Shown: positions 7,210-15,204 of the stretch, piece by piece
Numbering within the stretch: the stretch's first letter is position 1
How the letters are laid out: the number at the start of each line of letters is the position of its first letter
DNA from: a virus
Strand: one strand, 5' to 3'
DNA: 28,768 nt
Virus record (IMG/VR): IMGVR_UViG_3300017760_000057
The notes under the pieces: generated by a model
The model's input: only the letters and a program-made list of their open reading frames with translations
What the model was told of the DNA's origin: nothing
Databases searched by the model: none
Program-made: the position numbers and the translations under genes

Positions 7210-8850
7210 ATGGCAAATAAAAAATTTAGTGAATTTACAGTAAAAACTGACCCAGCAAATGTTGATTTTTTGGTCGGTTATGATGGTACGGATAACGTCC
7301 GTATTGACCCATCTAATTTAGGTGGCGGTGGAGCTTCAGACTTGAATGGTCTTACAGATTGTTTAGTTGATACTGCTTCTTTATATGTTGGAGAAGTGCC
7401 GAGCGGTTTAAGTGGTAATCCACAAGGTAATACTATTCTTGGTATAAATGCTGGTAATTCTTTAACAACTGGTAATAGTAATATTGCGATTGGTTTTGAA
7501 GCTGCTCGCGACACTACTACTACAAGTGCAGTTATTGCTATTGGCTCAAAAGCTGGTCGAGTTGCTACAACTGGAATAGGTGAAACTATAATTATTGGTA
7601 ACTTTGCAATGAACTCAAATACTGGTGCTGCAAAATCTGTTATTATTGGTGGTCAAGCTGGATGGAATGCGTCTGGTGGTCAAGGTCTTTCAATAGGTTA
7701 TTTAGCTGCTCCATCTAACACAAACGTAGGACACCATAGTATAGGTTATCAAGCTGGTTACTCACAAACTTCTGGGATACAAAATACTAATATAGGTTAT
7801 GAAGCTGGATATAACAATACAACTAATGCGTTTAGAACTTGTATAGGTTATAAAGCTGGAAAATTAAACACTGGAAGTGGTAATACTTTTATTGGTAATA
7901 ATGCTGGTGCAGATAGAGCTAATGTTGAGGGGCATAGTACAGCAGTAGGAAATTCTGCTGGAAGATATTGGGAATCTGGCTCAAACACTGCTTTGGGGGA
8001 GAATGCTGGTCAATATGCTAATGGAACAAGTCGCTATAATGTAATGGTAGGAAGAGATGCTATAGGTGGTTCTTTTGGTTCTAAATCAAACAATGTAGGA
8101 GTAGGATATAGAGCTGGATATAATTTAACTACAGGTTTTAGAAATGTTTTACTTGGTCATCAAGCTGGATTAGCTTTAACAACTGCTTACGATAACATAT
8201 TAATTGGCTCAGAATCTGGTAAATCATTAACAACAAATCCAAACTCAAGTCAAAATATTATTCTTGGAACTCAAGCTGGATTTTCAGCTAATGGTGCAAA
8301 TGGTAATGTAATATTAGGTTATCAAGCTGCATATGGATTAACAAGTGGAGAAACTAATGTAATAATTGGTCAATTTGCATCAGCTTATAGTGGTGCATTA
8401 ACTACAGGAGATAATAATACTATTATAGGTTTTAACTCATATCCAAGTTCTGCAACTGTAAATAATGAAATAACTTTAGGAAATTCAAGTATATCTACTT
8501 TACGTTGTGCAGTTACTTCTATAACTTCATTATCTGACGAAAGAGATAAATCAGAAATAAAAGATTTAGGTTATGGACTTGCTTTTATAGATGCTTTACA
8601 ACCAAGAGAATTTGTGTGGGATAATAGACCAGAATTAGATAAAGACGGCGAGGAAATTTATTCAGCTAATAAAGGTAAAAAAGACTTTGGTTTTATAGCT
8701 CAAGAAGTACAAGAATTAGATAATGATACTTTAAGACTTGTTTATGATAGCAACCCAGAAAAACTTGAGTTAAGTTATGGTAAACTTGTTCCTATATTAG
8801 TACAAGCAATAAAAGAATTAAAAGCAGAAGTAGAATTATTAAAATCATAA
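7210..8850 (+). CDS. Tail fibre/spike with a repetitive G-x-x-A-G beta-helix region and a C-terminal intramolecular chaperone (peptidase S74) domain
   Basis: More than 20 repeats of about 14 aa (IGYQAGY, IGYEAGY, IGYKAGK, VGYRAGY, LGHQAGL...). The C-terminal SDERDKSEIKDL...FGFIAQEVQEL...LSYGKLVPILVQAIKELKAEVELLK matches the S74 chaperone-of-endosialidase pattern. Confidence 0.85.
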   Translation: MANKKFSEFTVKTDPANVDFLVGYDGTDNVRIDPSNLGGGGASDLNGLTDCLVDTASLYVGEVPSGLSGNPQGNTILGINAGNSLTTGNSNIAIGFEAARDTTTTSAVIAIGSKAGRVATTGIGETIIIGNFAMNSNTGAAKSVIIGGQAGWNASGGQGLSIGYLAAPSNTNVGHHSIGYQAGYSQTSGIQNTNIGYEAGYNNTTNAFRTCIGYKAGKLNTGSGNTFIGNNAGADRANVEGHSTAVGNSAGRYWESGSNTALGENAGQYANGTSRYNVMVGRDAIGGSFGSKSNNVGVGYRAGYNLTTGFRNVLLGHQAGLALTTAYDNILIGSESGKSLTTNPNSSQNIILGTQAGFSANGANGNVILGYQAAYGLTSGETNVIIGQFASAYSGALTTGDNNTIIGFNSYPSSATVNNEITLGNSSISTLRCAVTSITSLSDERDKSEIKDLGYGLAFIDALQPREFVWDNRPELDKDGEEIYSANKGKKDFGFIAQEVQELDNDTLRLVYDSNPEKLELSYGKLVPILVQAIKELKAEVELLKS

Positions 8851-8853
8851 ATA

Positions 8854-9099
8854 ATGTATAAAAACGTAATAACATCTGAAAACACAGACGATAGTCATAA
8901 AGAAGTAATTACTTCACAGATACCAGAGCAATTAACTCAAATAGGTGCTGATGATAATGTAGAAGCAATTAAAGAACATTTCAAATGGGTTTTAGCAAAT
9001 GACTTTTATAAAGATGAGTTAAGTGCAGAACAGATTACTGAAATGGAATCTTACTTAGATAGCGACTATCAAGACGAGTACGAAGATTTGCCAGAATAA
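8854..9099 (+). CDS. Acidic hypothetical protein
   Basis: 81-aa ORF in a tight gene array. No recognisable motif. Confidence 0.4.
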   Translation: MYKNVITSENTDDSHKEVITSQIPEQLTQIGADDNVEAIKEHFKWVLANDFYKDELSAEQITEMESYLDSDYQDEYEDLPE

Positions 9100-9103
9100 T
9101 TTG

Positions 9104-9111
9104 TATATTTG
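9104..9111 (+). promoter_or_regulatory. TATATTTG (-7-type element) 31 nt upstream of ATG 9135
   Basis: The 12-mer TATATTTGTATA is shared with 16368, and both lie at the same 31-nt distance from the next ATG. Confidence 0.45.
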
Positions 9112-9134
9112 TATAATAACAAATAAATATAATT

Positions 9135-9266
9135 ATGGAAATTACAAAAGAACAAATTGCAAGAGTAAATCAAGTCATTAACACATTGCCTATCGCTGTA
9201 TTAGCACAAGCTCAAGAGATTGTAAAAATACTAAACGAATCGCTACCAAAAGAAGAAGATGAATAA
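9135..9266 (+). CDS. Small hypothetical protein (43 aa)
   Basis: Hand-translated as MEITKEQIARVNQVINTLPIAVLAQAQEIVKILNESLPKEEDE. It overlaps the next gene by 8 nt. Confidence 0.4.
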   Translation: MEITKEQIARVNQVINTLPIAVLAQAQEIVKILNESLPKEEDE

Positions 9267-10530
9267 CCCTGTTTTAGCACTTATACCAAGCGGATATAAA
9301 CAAGATAAAGTTTATTCTGTATTGCCAAATGATGGTACAGGAGATTTTGACTTTGTTAGAGTTGGTGCTGGTACAAGAGTTAATAAAGATGGACTTATAG
9401 AAACTATAGGTGCTTCAACAAACGATATACCAAGACTTGATTGGTTAAATAGCAACTGTCCGAGTTTACTATTAGAGGCACTTAGAACAAACAGACAAGT
9501 TTATTCTGAGCAGTTTGACAATGCAGCTTGGACTAAACAAGCAGACTTAACTGTTACTGCAAATCAAATAATATCTCCTACTGGGGAATTAAATGCTGAT
9601 AAAATAAAAAGAGGCTCAACAAGTGGTACAAACAATTACCTTTCTGATGCTGCTTCTAAGTCATCATCTGCACAGTTAGACATTTGTACTTCTGTTTTCG
9701 TCAAACAAGGCGAGGGCGATTTTTTTGCTTTAAGGATGCAAGGCACTTACCCAAATAGAGCTGATGCTATTTTTCAATTTAGCAATACAACTTTAACAAC
9801 AAGTGTGGCTGGTGCAGATTTTACAATAACAAGTTCTAAAGTAGAAAATTATGGTAATGGTTGGTACAGACTTTCTGTTGTTTACAATACAGATGCTGCT
9901 GCTACTATTGGAAGTTATTTTAGTCCAAGAGCTACAACTGGTCAAATAGATGCTTCAGATACTTCTACAAGTGCTTTTGTTTATATGTGGGGTTGTCAAG
10001 TAGAAGAGGGTAAAACCTTATCAAGCTATATAGAAACACCAGCAAATTCAATGGTAACAAGAAACGCAGATGTTTGTACTGATGCTGGAGATGTTAATTT
10101 ATTTAATATTACAGAGGGTACATTTTTTGTTGATGTAAATAGCTTTAATCCTCCTTATTTAGATTATAATATTATTAGTCTAAGTGATGGTACAACTAAT
10201 AATTATATTACGTTTACTTATCAACTTAATAGTTTAAGAGTTATGGTTTACAATGGCTCAAATCAGCTGAATTTAATTATAACTTCAGAATTTAATATAA
10301 ACCAAAGAAACAAAGTAGCTTTAAAATTTAAAGAAAATGAGTTTAAGGTATATATTAATGGTGCATTGAGGTCTACTACTACAAATGTTGTAGTTCCTAC
10401 TGGTTTTAACAGATTTAATTTTGCAAGTCAAACTGGTGCAGATAGATACTTTGAGGGTAAAGTATATGATGCCAGAGTCTACGACACATACTTAACTGAT
10501 AGCGAATTAGAAACACTTACAACATTATGA
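9259..10530 (+). CDS. Putative receptor-binding/tail-fibre protein with a C-terminal LamG (concanavalin-like) domain
   Basis: 423 aa. The C-terminal FEGKVYDARVYDTYLTDSELETL is the typical LamG_3 ending. The gene lies in the fibre region. Confidence 0.55.
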   Translation: MNNPVLALIPSGYKQDKVYSVLPNDGTGDFDFVRVGAGTRVNKDGLIETIGASTNDIPRLDWLNSNCPSLLLEALRTNRQVYSEQFDNAAWTKQADLTVTANQIISPTGELNADKIKRGSTSGTNNYLSDAASKSSSAQLDICTSVFVKQGEGDFFALRMQGTYPNRADAIFQFSNTTLTTSVAGADFTITSSKVENYGNGWYRLSVVYNTDAAATIGSYFSPRATTGQIDASDTSTSAFVYMWGCQVEEGKTLSSYIETPANSMVTRNADVCTDAGDVNLFNITEGTFFVDVNSFNPPYLDYNIISLSDGTTNNYITFTYQLNSLRVMVYNGSNQLNLIITSEFNINQRNKVALKFKENEFKVYINGALRSTTTNVVVPTGFNRFNFASQTGADRYFEGKVYDARVYDTYLTDSELETLTTL

Positions 10531-10832
10531 TAAAGATAGGTAAATACGAGTTTGTAGATGAGGCACAAGCAAATACTAAGATAGATGCTTTAGAAGAAAA
10601 TCATACACACGCTATAGTAAAACTTGGTCATATAGTTTTAGAACAAAGCGAAATAGATGCAGAGGGTAATGAAATAAAACCAAATGTATTAAGTGAAAAA
10701 TACCACATAGACGTTATGTGGAAAGGAATAGAAGAACATCCTTATGGCTGGAAATCCTATGCAGTTGGAGTAGCAGATGGTAATGGAGTACACAGCTTTT
10801 ATGGGGTGGATTATCAAACAAATAAAATGTAA
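10527..10832 (+). CDS. Hypothetical protein
   Basis: 101-aa ORF with an ATGA overlap onto the upstream gene. Confidence 0.45.
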   Translation: MIKIGKYEFVDEAQANTKIDALEENHTHAIVKLGHIVLEQSEIDAEGNEIKPNVLSEKYHIDVMWKGIEEHPYGWKSYAVGVADGNGVHSFYGVDYQTNKM

Positions 10833-10836
10833 TAAA

Positions 10837-10935
10837 ATGATTAAAGGACTAAGGTACTTAGCAGACAAGTTAGAGCAGTTTAAATTTTGGTTAATTGCAA
10901 AATGGAATAACTTTTTAAAGTCTTTAATGATATGA
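10837..10935 (+). CDS. Very small amphipathic ORF (32 aa), uncertain
   Basis: MIKGLRYLADKLEQFKFWLIAKWNNFLKSLMI. Supported only by tight spacing. Confidence 0.2.
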   Translation: MIKGLRYLADKLEQFKFWLIAKWNNFLKSLMI

Positions 10936-11090
10936 ATTTAGAGGATATAAAATTAGCTTGTTTAAACGTTGTTACTTTAGGTGTTAGTTTTACTGCTGTA
11001 GAGAATAGTTTGAAAATTATACTTCTTTTGGTGTCTATTGCATATACATTACAGAAGATTTATGAAACACATAAAAAGAAAAATAAATAA
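10932..11090 (+). CDS. Holin-like small membrane protein (52 aa, two hydrophobic segments, basic tail)
   Basis: Hand-translated as MNLEDIKLACLNVVTLGVSFTAVENSLKIILLLVSIAYTLQKIYETHKKKNK. It sits directly upstream of, and overlaps, the amidase gene. Confidence 0.5.
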   Translation: MNLEDIKLACLNVVTLGVSFTAVENSLKIILLLVSIAYTLQKIYETHKKKNK

Positions 11091-11502
11091 AATAATAATT
11101 CATTGTACTGCTACTCCAGAGGGCAGACAAATTGATATTGATGATGTCAGACGTTGGCATATTGAAGAAAGAGGGTGGTCAGATGTTGGCTACCATTTTT
11201 TAGTTTTATTAGATGGTACAATACAAATAGGCAGACCATTAGAACGTTCTGGCGCACATACAAGAGGACATAACACAGATAGTATTGGTATAGCTTATGT
11301 AGGTGGTATGAGTGCTGATGGAGAACAAAGCATACCTAAAGATACAAGAACAGAAGAACAAAAAGAGAGTTTAGTAGATTTACTATGTGAGTTAAGATTA
11401 TACTATGGTGGTATAATATACGGACATAGAGATTTTAGTAGTAAAGCTTGTCCGAGCTTTGATGCAAAGAAAGAATACGAAAACATAAGCAACAGATATT
11501 AA
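11062..11502 (+). CDS. N-acetylmuramoyl-L-alanine amidase (T7-lysozyme/PGRP type) endolysin
   Basis: IIIHCTATPEG...VRRWH...GWSDVGYHFLV..DG.I..GRP....GAHT.GHN..SIGIAYVGG...HRDF..KACPSFD. The ORF is open from 11038, and I prefer ATG 11062 (MKHIKRK) to limit overlap. Confidence 0.9.
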   Translation: MKHIKRKINKIIIHCTATPEGRQIDIDDVRRWHIEERGWSDVGYHFLVLLDGTIQIGRPLERSGAHTRGHNTDSIGIAYVGGMSADGEQSIPKDTRTEEQKESLVDLLCELRLYYGGIIYGHRDFSSKACPSFDAKKEYENISNRY

Positions 11503-11988
11503 ATGTCAGATAAAAAATCATATAAAGAACGTAACGGAACTACAAGAGTAGGAGATGCTCTTAGATGGCTTGTAAAACAAGGTAAGGAAGTAGCACCAGA
11601 GATATTAACTATAGCTGGGAATGTTACAGGCATAGAAGCTCTTAATGAATTATCTACAAAAATTAAGGGCGATACAGGACTAAGCGAAACTGATAAGCAA
11701 ATGCTATTAGAGGAGTTGAGGTATGATATGATAGAGATGCAAGAAACTACAAAGAGATGGGTAAGCGATAATCAAACAGACAGCTACTTAACACGCAATA
11801 TAAGACCATTAACACTTGCTTTCTTAACAGCTACATTATTTATATATATAATTTTAGATAGTACATTAGAGGGTTTTAATATAGATTCTCATTGGATAGA
11901 TTTACTATCTTCTCTTATGCTTTTAGTATATGGTGGGTACTTTGGTATGAGGTCTGCTGAGAAGATTACTAAGCAATGGAAAAAATAA
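11503..11988 (+). CDS. Membrane protein of the lysis cassette, possibly a GTA-type 3TM holin
   Basis: 161 aa with a soluble N-terminal half followed by hydrophobic segments (NIRPLTLAFLTATLFIYIILD, WIDLLSSLMLLVYGGYFGM). It starts immediately after the amidase stop codon (TAA then ATG). Confidence 0.45.
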   Translation: MSDKKSYKERNGTTRVGDALRWLVKQGKEVAPEILTIAGNVTGIEALNELSTKIKGDTGLSETDKQMLLEELRYDMIEMQETTKRWVSDNQTDSYLTRNIRPLTLAFLTATLFIYIILDSTLEGFNIDSHWIDLLSSLMLLVYGGYFGMRSAEKITKQWKK

Positions 11989-12141
11989 ATTTTTTTATTT
12001 AAAAATAAAGATATAACTTTACACCATTTATTAGTAAATATATATTTAGGTATAAATAAATAGATATATATAAGTATTAAAAAATAGTCATAAAAAGTTA
12101 TAATAAATAATGACATCTGAAATCTATTCTAATTCCAAGTA

Positions 12142-12543
12142 ATGCCAAAAAAAAAGACTTTAAAATATTGGAAGAATAAGATTGATAAACCTTTTCACGA
12201 ATACATAAGACGTAGAGATGCAGATAACAATACTGGTTATTGTAGTTGTATAAGTTGTGGTAAAAAGGTACACTTTACAGAAACAGATGCTGGTCATTTT
12301 ATAGGTAGGCAACATTTAGTTACAAGATACGATGAACGTAATGTACACGCACAATGTAGAAAGTGTAATAGATTTGAGTATGGTCGTCAATATGAATATT
12401 CTATATCTTTAGGAAAAAAGTTATCTAATCAATTACTACAAAAGTCAAGAGGAGTACTAAAACTTACAGACCCAGAGTGGCAAGAAATATACGATACTTA
12501 TAAGACAAAATTAGATGAAATAAAAAAGCAACAAAACTTTTAG
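12142..12543 (+). CDS. ninG: NinG/Rap-like recombination endonuclease
   Basis: FHEYIRRRDA...CISCGK...DAGHFIGRQHLVTRYDERNVHAQCRKCN matches the lambda NinG family pattern. Confidence 0.75.
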   Translation: MPKKKTLKYWKNKIDKPFHEYIRRRDADNNTGYCSCISCGKKVHFTETDAGHFIGRQHLVTRYDERNVHAQCRKCNRFEYGRQYEYSISLGKKLSNQLLQKSRGVLKLTDPEWQEIYDTYKTKLDEIKKQQNF

Positions 12544-12560
12544 GTATAAGATATAATACC

Positions 12561-12568
12561 TATATTTG
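12561..12568 (+). promoter_or_regulatory. TATATTTG (-7-type element) lying between the ninG-like stop and its terminator
   Basis: Exact TAnnTTTG match in the same arrangement as at 4055. Confidence 0.4.
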
Positions 12569-12620
12569 TGTAAGATGAATTGTCTTTGTTTTTGTTTAAT
12601 AGCTAACCAGCTATAGAAAG

Positions 12621-12647
12621 AGCCACCTTAATTGGTGGTTTTTTTTG
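12621..12647 (+). terminator. Rho-independent terminator
   Basis: gccacc (12622-12627), loop ttaatt, ggtggt (12634-12639) including a G-U pair, then T7. Confidence 0.7.
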
Positions 12648-12708
12648 TTTACATTTTGTTTATTAAAAAATAATTTGTAGCTTTGGGTTAAACAATAAAA
12701 CAATTACA

Positions 12709-12924
12709 ATGACTTACAAAATGATTAGCCTCTATGATAGGCTTAAACCCCACTACAAAGATGCTCTTAAAGTAAAGAACATATCAGAGCCAGACTTAGT
12801 AAACATAACAGTAGAAGCCTTAGAAAGCGAAAGCTATGTAGCAGACTTAAAATATTCAAGTGTTTTAAATTTGCAGTTTTTATTTGGTAATATAAATCCT
12901 TTTGTTTATTTTAAAGACATATAA
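12709..12924 (+). CDS. Hypothetical early protein
   Basis: 71-aa ORF, first gene after the terminator. Confidence 0.45.
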   Translation: MTYKMISLYDRLKPHYKDALKVKNISEPDLVNITVEALESESYVADLKYSSVLNLQFLFGNINPFVYFKDI

Positions 12925-12925
12925 G

Positions 12926-13066
12926 ATGACACATTACGAAGATGTAAAACGAGTAGCCTCAAACGAAACAATAGATTTTTTAAATGCCAGAATAAAAGCA
13001 TTAGAAAAAAGAGTAGAATACTTAGAAGCAATAATGGAAGTAGAATATTTAAACAAACAACAATGA
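12926..13066 (+). CDS. Small coiled-coil hypothetical protein (46 aa)
   Basis: MTHYEDVKRVASNETIDFLNARIKALEKRVEYLEAIMEVEYLNKQQ. It starts 1 nt after the upstream stop and has an ATGA overlap with the next gene. Confidence 0.45.
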   Translation: MTHYEDVKRVASNETIDFLNARIKALEKRVEYLEAIMEVEYLNKQQ

Positions 13067-13473
13067 ACAAAGAAAAATTAAAAGACCTTTACAACAAGTA
13101 CAAATTAGACAAATCAGACTTTTTTAAACACCAACATTACACAATCATTACAAGACAAGGTATTGACAAGATACAAGCATTAGAACAAATAAGTGTAAAC
13201 TATGAAGTTATTAGGTGTGAGCCTAACTTTGCAGTATTTAAAGCACTTGCAAGTAAAGATGGTAAAAGTATAGAAACCTTTGGTAGTGCGTTAAAAGGAG
13301 ATACTTACAAAGAATCAAACACTAACTCTTGGTATGTTGCTGAGATGGCAGAGAAAAGAGCTATGAGTAGAGCAATCCTTAAACTTACAGGTTTCTATAG
13401 TTTAGGCGTGTTTTCAGAAGATGAAAGCGAAAGCTTTAAGAAACCTAAAACAGAATATAAAACCCTTAAATAA
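13063..13473 (+). CDS. Possible Rad52/Sak-like single-strand annealing protein (minimal)
   Basis: DGKSIETFGSA...YVAEMAEKRAMSRAILKLTGFYSLGVF resembles the G.G...A.K.A...A.KRA...G.G motif of Rad52-type annealases. The gene is followed by an SSB-like gene. Confidence 0.4.
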   Translation: MNKEKLKDLYNKYKLDKSDFFKHQHYTIITRQGIDKIQALEQISVNYEVIRCEPNFAVFKALASKDGKSIETFGSALKGDTYKESNTNSWYVAEMAEKRAMSRAILKLTGFYSLGVFSEDESESFKKPKTEYKTLK

Positions 13474-13482
13474 TAAATAAAT

Positions 13483-13785
13483 ATGAGTGCATTAATTAAT
13501 TTTAGTTTAAACGTAGCTAAGCTACCAAAAGAAAAGTTTATTGCTGGTAAAGATGGTAATGTTTATGTAAACCTTACTATGGCAGTAAATGATGAAACAA
13601 GATACGGAAACAATACAAGCGTATATGTTAATCAAACAAAAGAAGAAAGAGAAGCTAAGAAACAACGTCATTACTTAGGCAACGGAAAAGTTGTATGGAC
13701 TGATAACAATATTGTGTTAGCAGAAAGAGAACAAGAGGCTGAACAAGCACCTCAGCAAAAAGAGGTAGCTGATTTACCATTTTAA
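13483..13785 (+). CDS. SSB-like protein with an acidic C-terminal tip ending DLPF
   Basis: 100 aa. The C-terminal EQEAEQAPQQKEVADLPF mimics the bacterial SSB tail (D-I/L-P-F). It lies next to recombination genes. Confidence 0.45.
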   Translation: MSALINFSLNVAKLPKEKFIAGKDGNVYVNLTMAVNDETRYGNNTSVYVNQTKEEREAKKQRHYLGNGKVVWTDNNIVLAEREQEAEQAPQQKEVADLPF

Positions 13786-13797
13786 TTTAATTTACTA

Positions 13798-13826
13798 AAG
13801 AGGGGTTTTTTAACCCCTTTTTTTTA
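13798..13826 (+). terminator. Rho-independent terminator
   Basis: aggggtt (13801-13807), loop tttt, aacccct (13812-13818), then a T-run. Confidence 0.75.
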
Positions 13827-13858
13827 TACCTTTAACAAAAACAAAGCAAAAACTAACA

Positions 13859-14713
13859 ATGACCGAAGAACAAACAACTCAAGAAATGCTAATGGAACTC
13901 ATAAAAGAGGAGTGTACTGTTGACACATCCGAAGTTATGGAGTACCCACCTACAGCATTGAGTTACGGAGAAAAGACAATTCAGACTAAAAAAGGAGATT
14001 TAACATTTCCTATACCTATTGGTACTTATGGAAATTTTTCATTTGTACAAGCACCACCTAAAACAAAGAAAACATTTTTTGCATCACTACTTGCATCAGT
14101 ATATTTAAGTGGTGGTAATAACTTTGGTGGTAACATTAGAGGACACAGAGATAATAAATGCCTTATACACTTTGATACAGAGCAAGGGCATTGGCATAGC
14201 CAGAGAGTATTTAAAAGAGTTTTAGATATGGCTAATATAAAAGAACTTGGGTGTTATCAGACTTATGCTCTTAGAACTATAAACTATAAGACTCGATTAC
14301 AATTTATAGAACACATACTGAAAGAGAACGGAGATAAAAATGGTTTAGTACTTATAGATGGTATAGCAGACTTAGTAAGTGATGTAAACAACTTAGAGGA
14401 AAGTAATCTATGTGTACAAAAGATTATGGAATGGTCTGCTAAATTTAATTGTCATATAGTAACTGTTATACACAGCAACTATGGTAGTGATAAACCTACA
14501 GGACATTTAGGCTCGTTCCTTGAAAAAAAGACAGAAACACAGATACAATTAGAAGCTAACACAGTAAACAAAGAATGGATAACAGTAAGCTGTAAAAGGT
14601 CAAGAGGTTACTCATTTGAAACATTTAGCTTTAGTATAAATGAATATGGTCTACCTTTTGTAGTAGGGGAGATATACGACCCATTAGAATATTATGTACC
14701 TAAAAAATTATGA
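13859..14713 (+). CDS. RecA-superfamily ATPase (AAA_25 / DnaB-C-terminal-like) with an atypical P-loop
   Basis: P-loop-like APPKTKKT, Walker B LVLIDGIADL and sensor-like IVTVIHSN. 284 aa. Confidence 0.5.
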   Translation: MTEEQTTQEMLMELIKEECTVDTSEVMEYPPTALSYGEKTIQTKKGDLTFPIPIGTYGNFSFVQAPPKTKKTFFASLLASVYLSGGNNFGGNIRGHRDNKCLIHFDTEQGHWHSQRVFKRVLDMANIKELGCYQTYALRTINYKTRLQFIEHILKENGDKNGLVLIDGIADLVSDVNNLEESNLCVQKIMEWSAKFNCHIVTVIHSNYGSDKPTGHLGSFLEKKTETQIQLEANTVNKEWITVSCKRSRGYSFETFSFSINEYGLPFVVGEIYDPLEYYVPKKL

Positions 14714-15204
14714 AATCATTAGTAGAAATTGCTTACGACAAACACAAAGACTGGATAAACATAGTTAAAAGCTTTGGATGTAATCCAAGTTTGGCTGAGG
14801 ACGTTGTTCAAAGTATGTATCTACAGTTGATATGCGATATTGATAAAGGATTAGATTTATGGTACGGAAATGAAATTAACAGTTACTATGTCTATAAAGT
14901 ATTGCGTGGAATTTATTTAAATACTCATAAGAAAGAGGCACGAATGATAAAAAGATATATAGAGGATATAGAGGGAGAGATAAGACAAATAGATGAATTA
15001 GGAATAGACGAGATAGAATATGCACAACGTAAAGACTTCATAGATAATATACTTAGTGAGATGTATTGGTATGATAGTAAAGTATTTACTTTAGTTGCTT
15101 CTGGTAAGTCTGTAGCCTCGCTAAGTAGAGATACTAAGATAAGTTATTATAGCTTATACAATACATACAGAAACGCTTTAAAACACATAAAAGACCAACT
15201 GTGA
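14710..15204 (+). CDS. ECF/sigma-70-family-like sigma factor
   Basis: Region-2-like LAEDVVQSMYLQL...YYVYKVLRGIYLNTHKKEAR and region-4 HTH-like KVFTLVASGKSVASLSRDTKISYYSLYNTYRNALKHIK. Confidence 0.55.
   Translation: MKSLVEIAYDKHKDWINIVKSFGCNPSLAEDVVQSMYLQLICDIDKGLDLWYGNEINSYYVYKVLRGIYLNTHKKEARMIKRYIEDIEGEIRQIDELGIDEIEYAQRKDFIDNILSEMYWYDSKVFTLVASGKSVASLSRDTKISYYSLYNTYRNALKHIKDQL

Noticed and set aside
7440-8460. Periodic DNA repeats (ggttatcaagctgg-like) that could be mistaken for a repeat array or CRISPR
   Set aside because: They are in frame within one long ORF and encode the G-x-x-A-G fibre repeats. There is no repeat-spacer structure and no cas genes.
11985-12005. A/T-only inverted repeat (aaaaaataaattttttt) after the 11503-11988 gene as a terminator
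   Set aside because: The stem would be pure A-T with no G-C pairs, unlike the four clear terminators. It is too weak to call.
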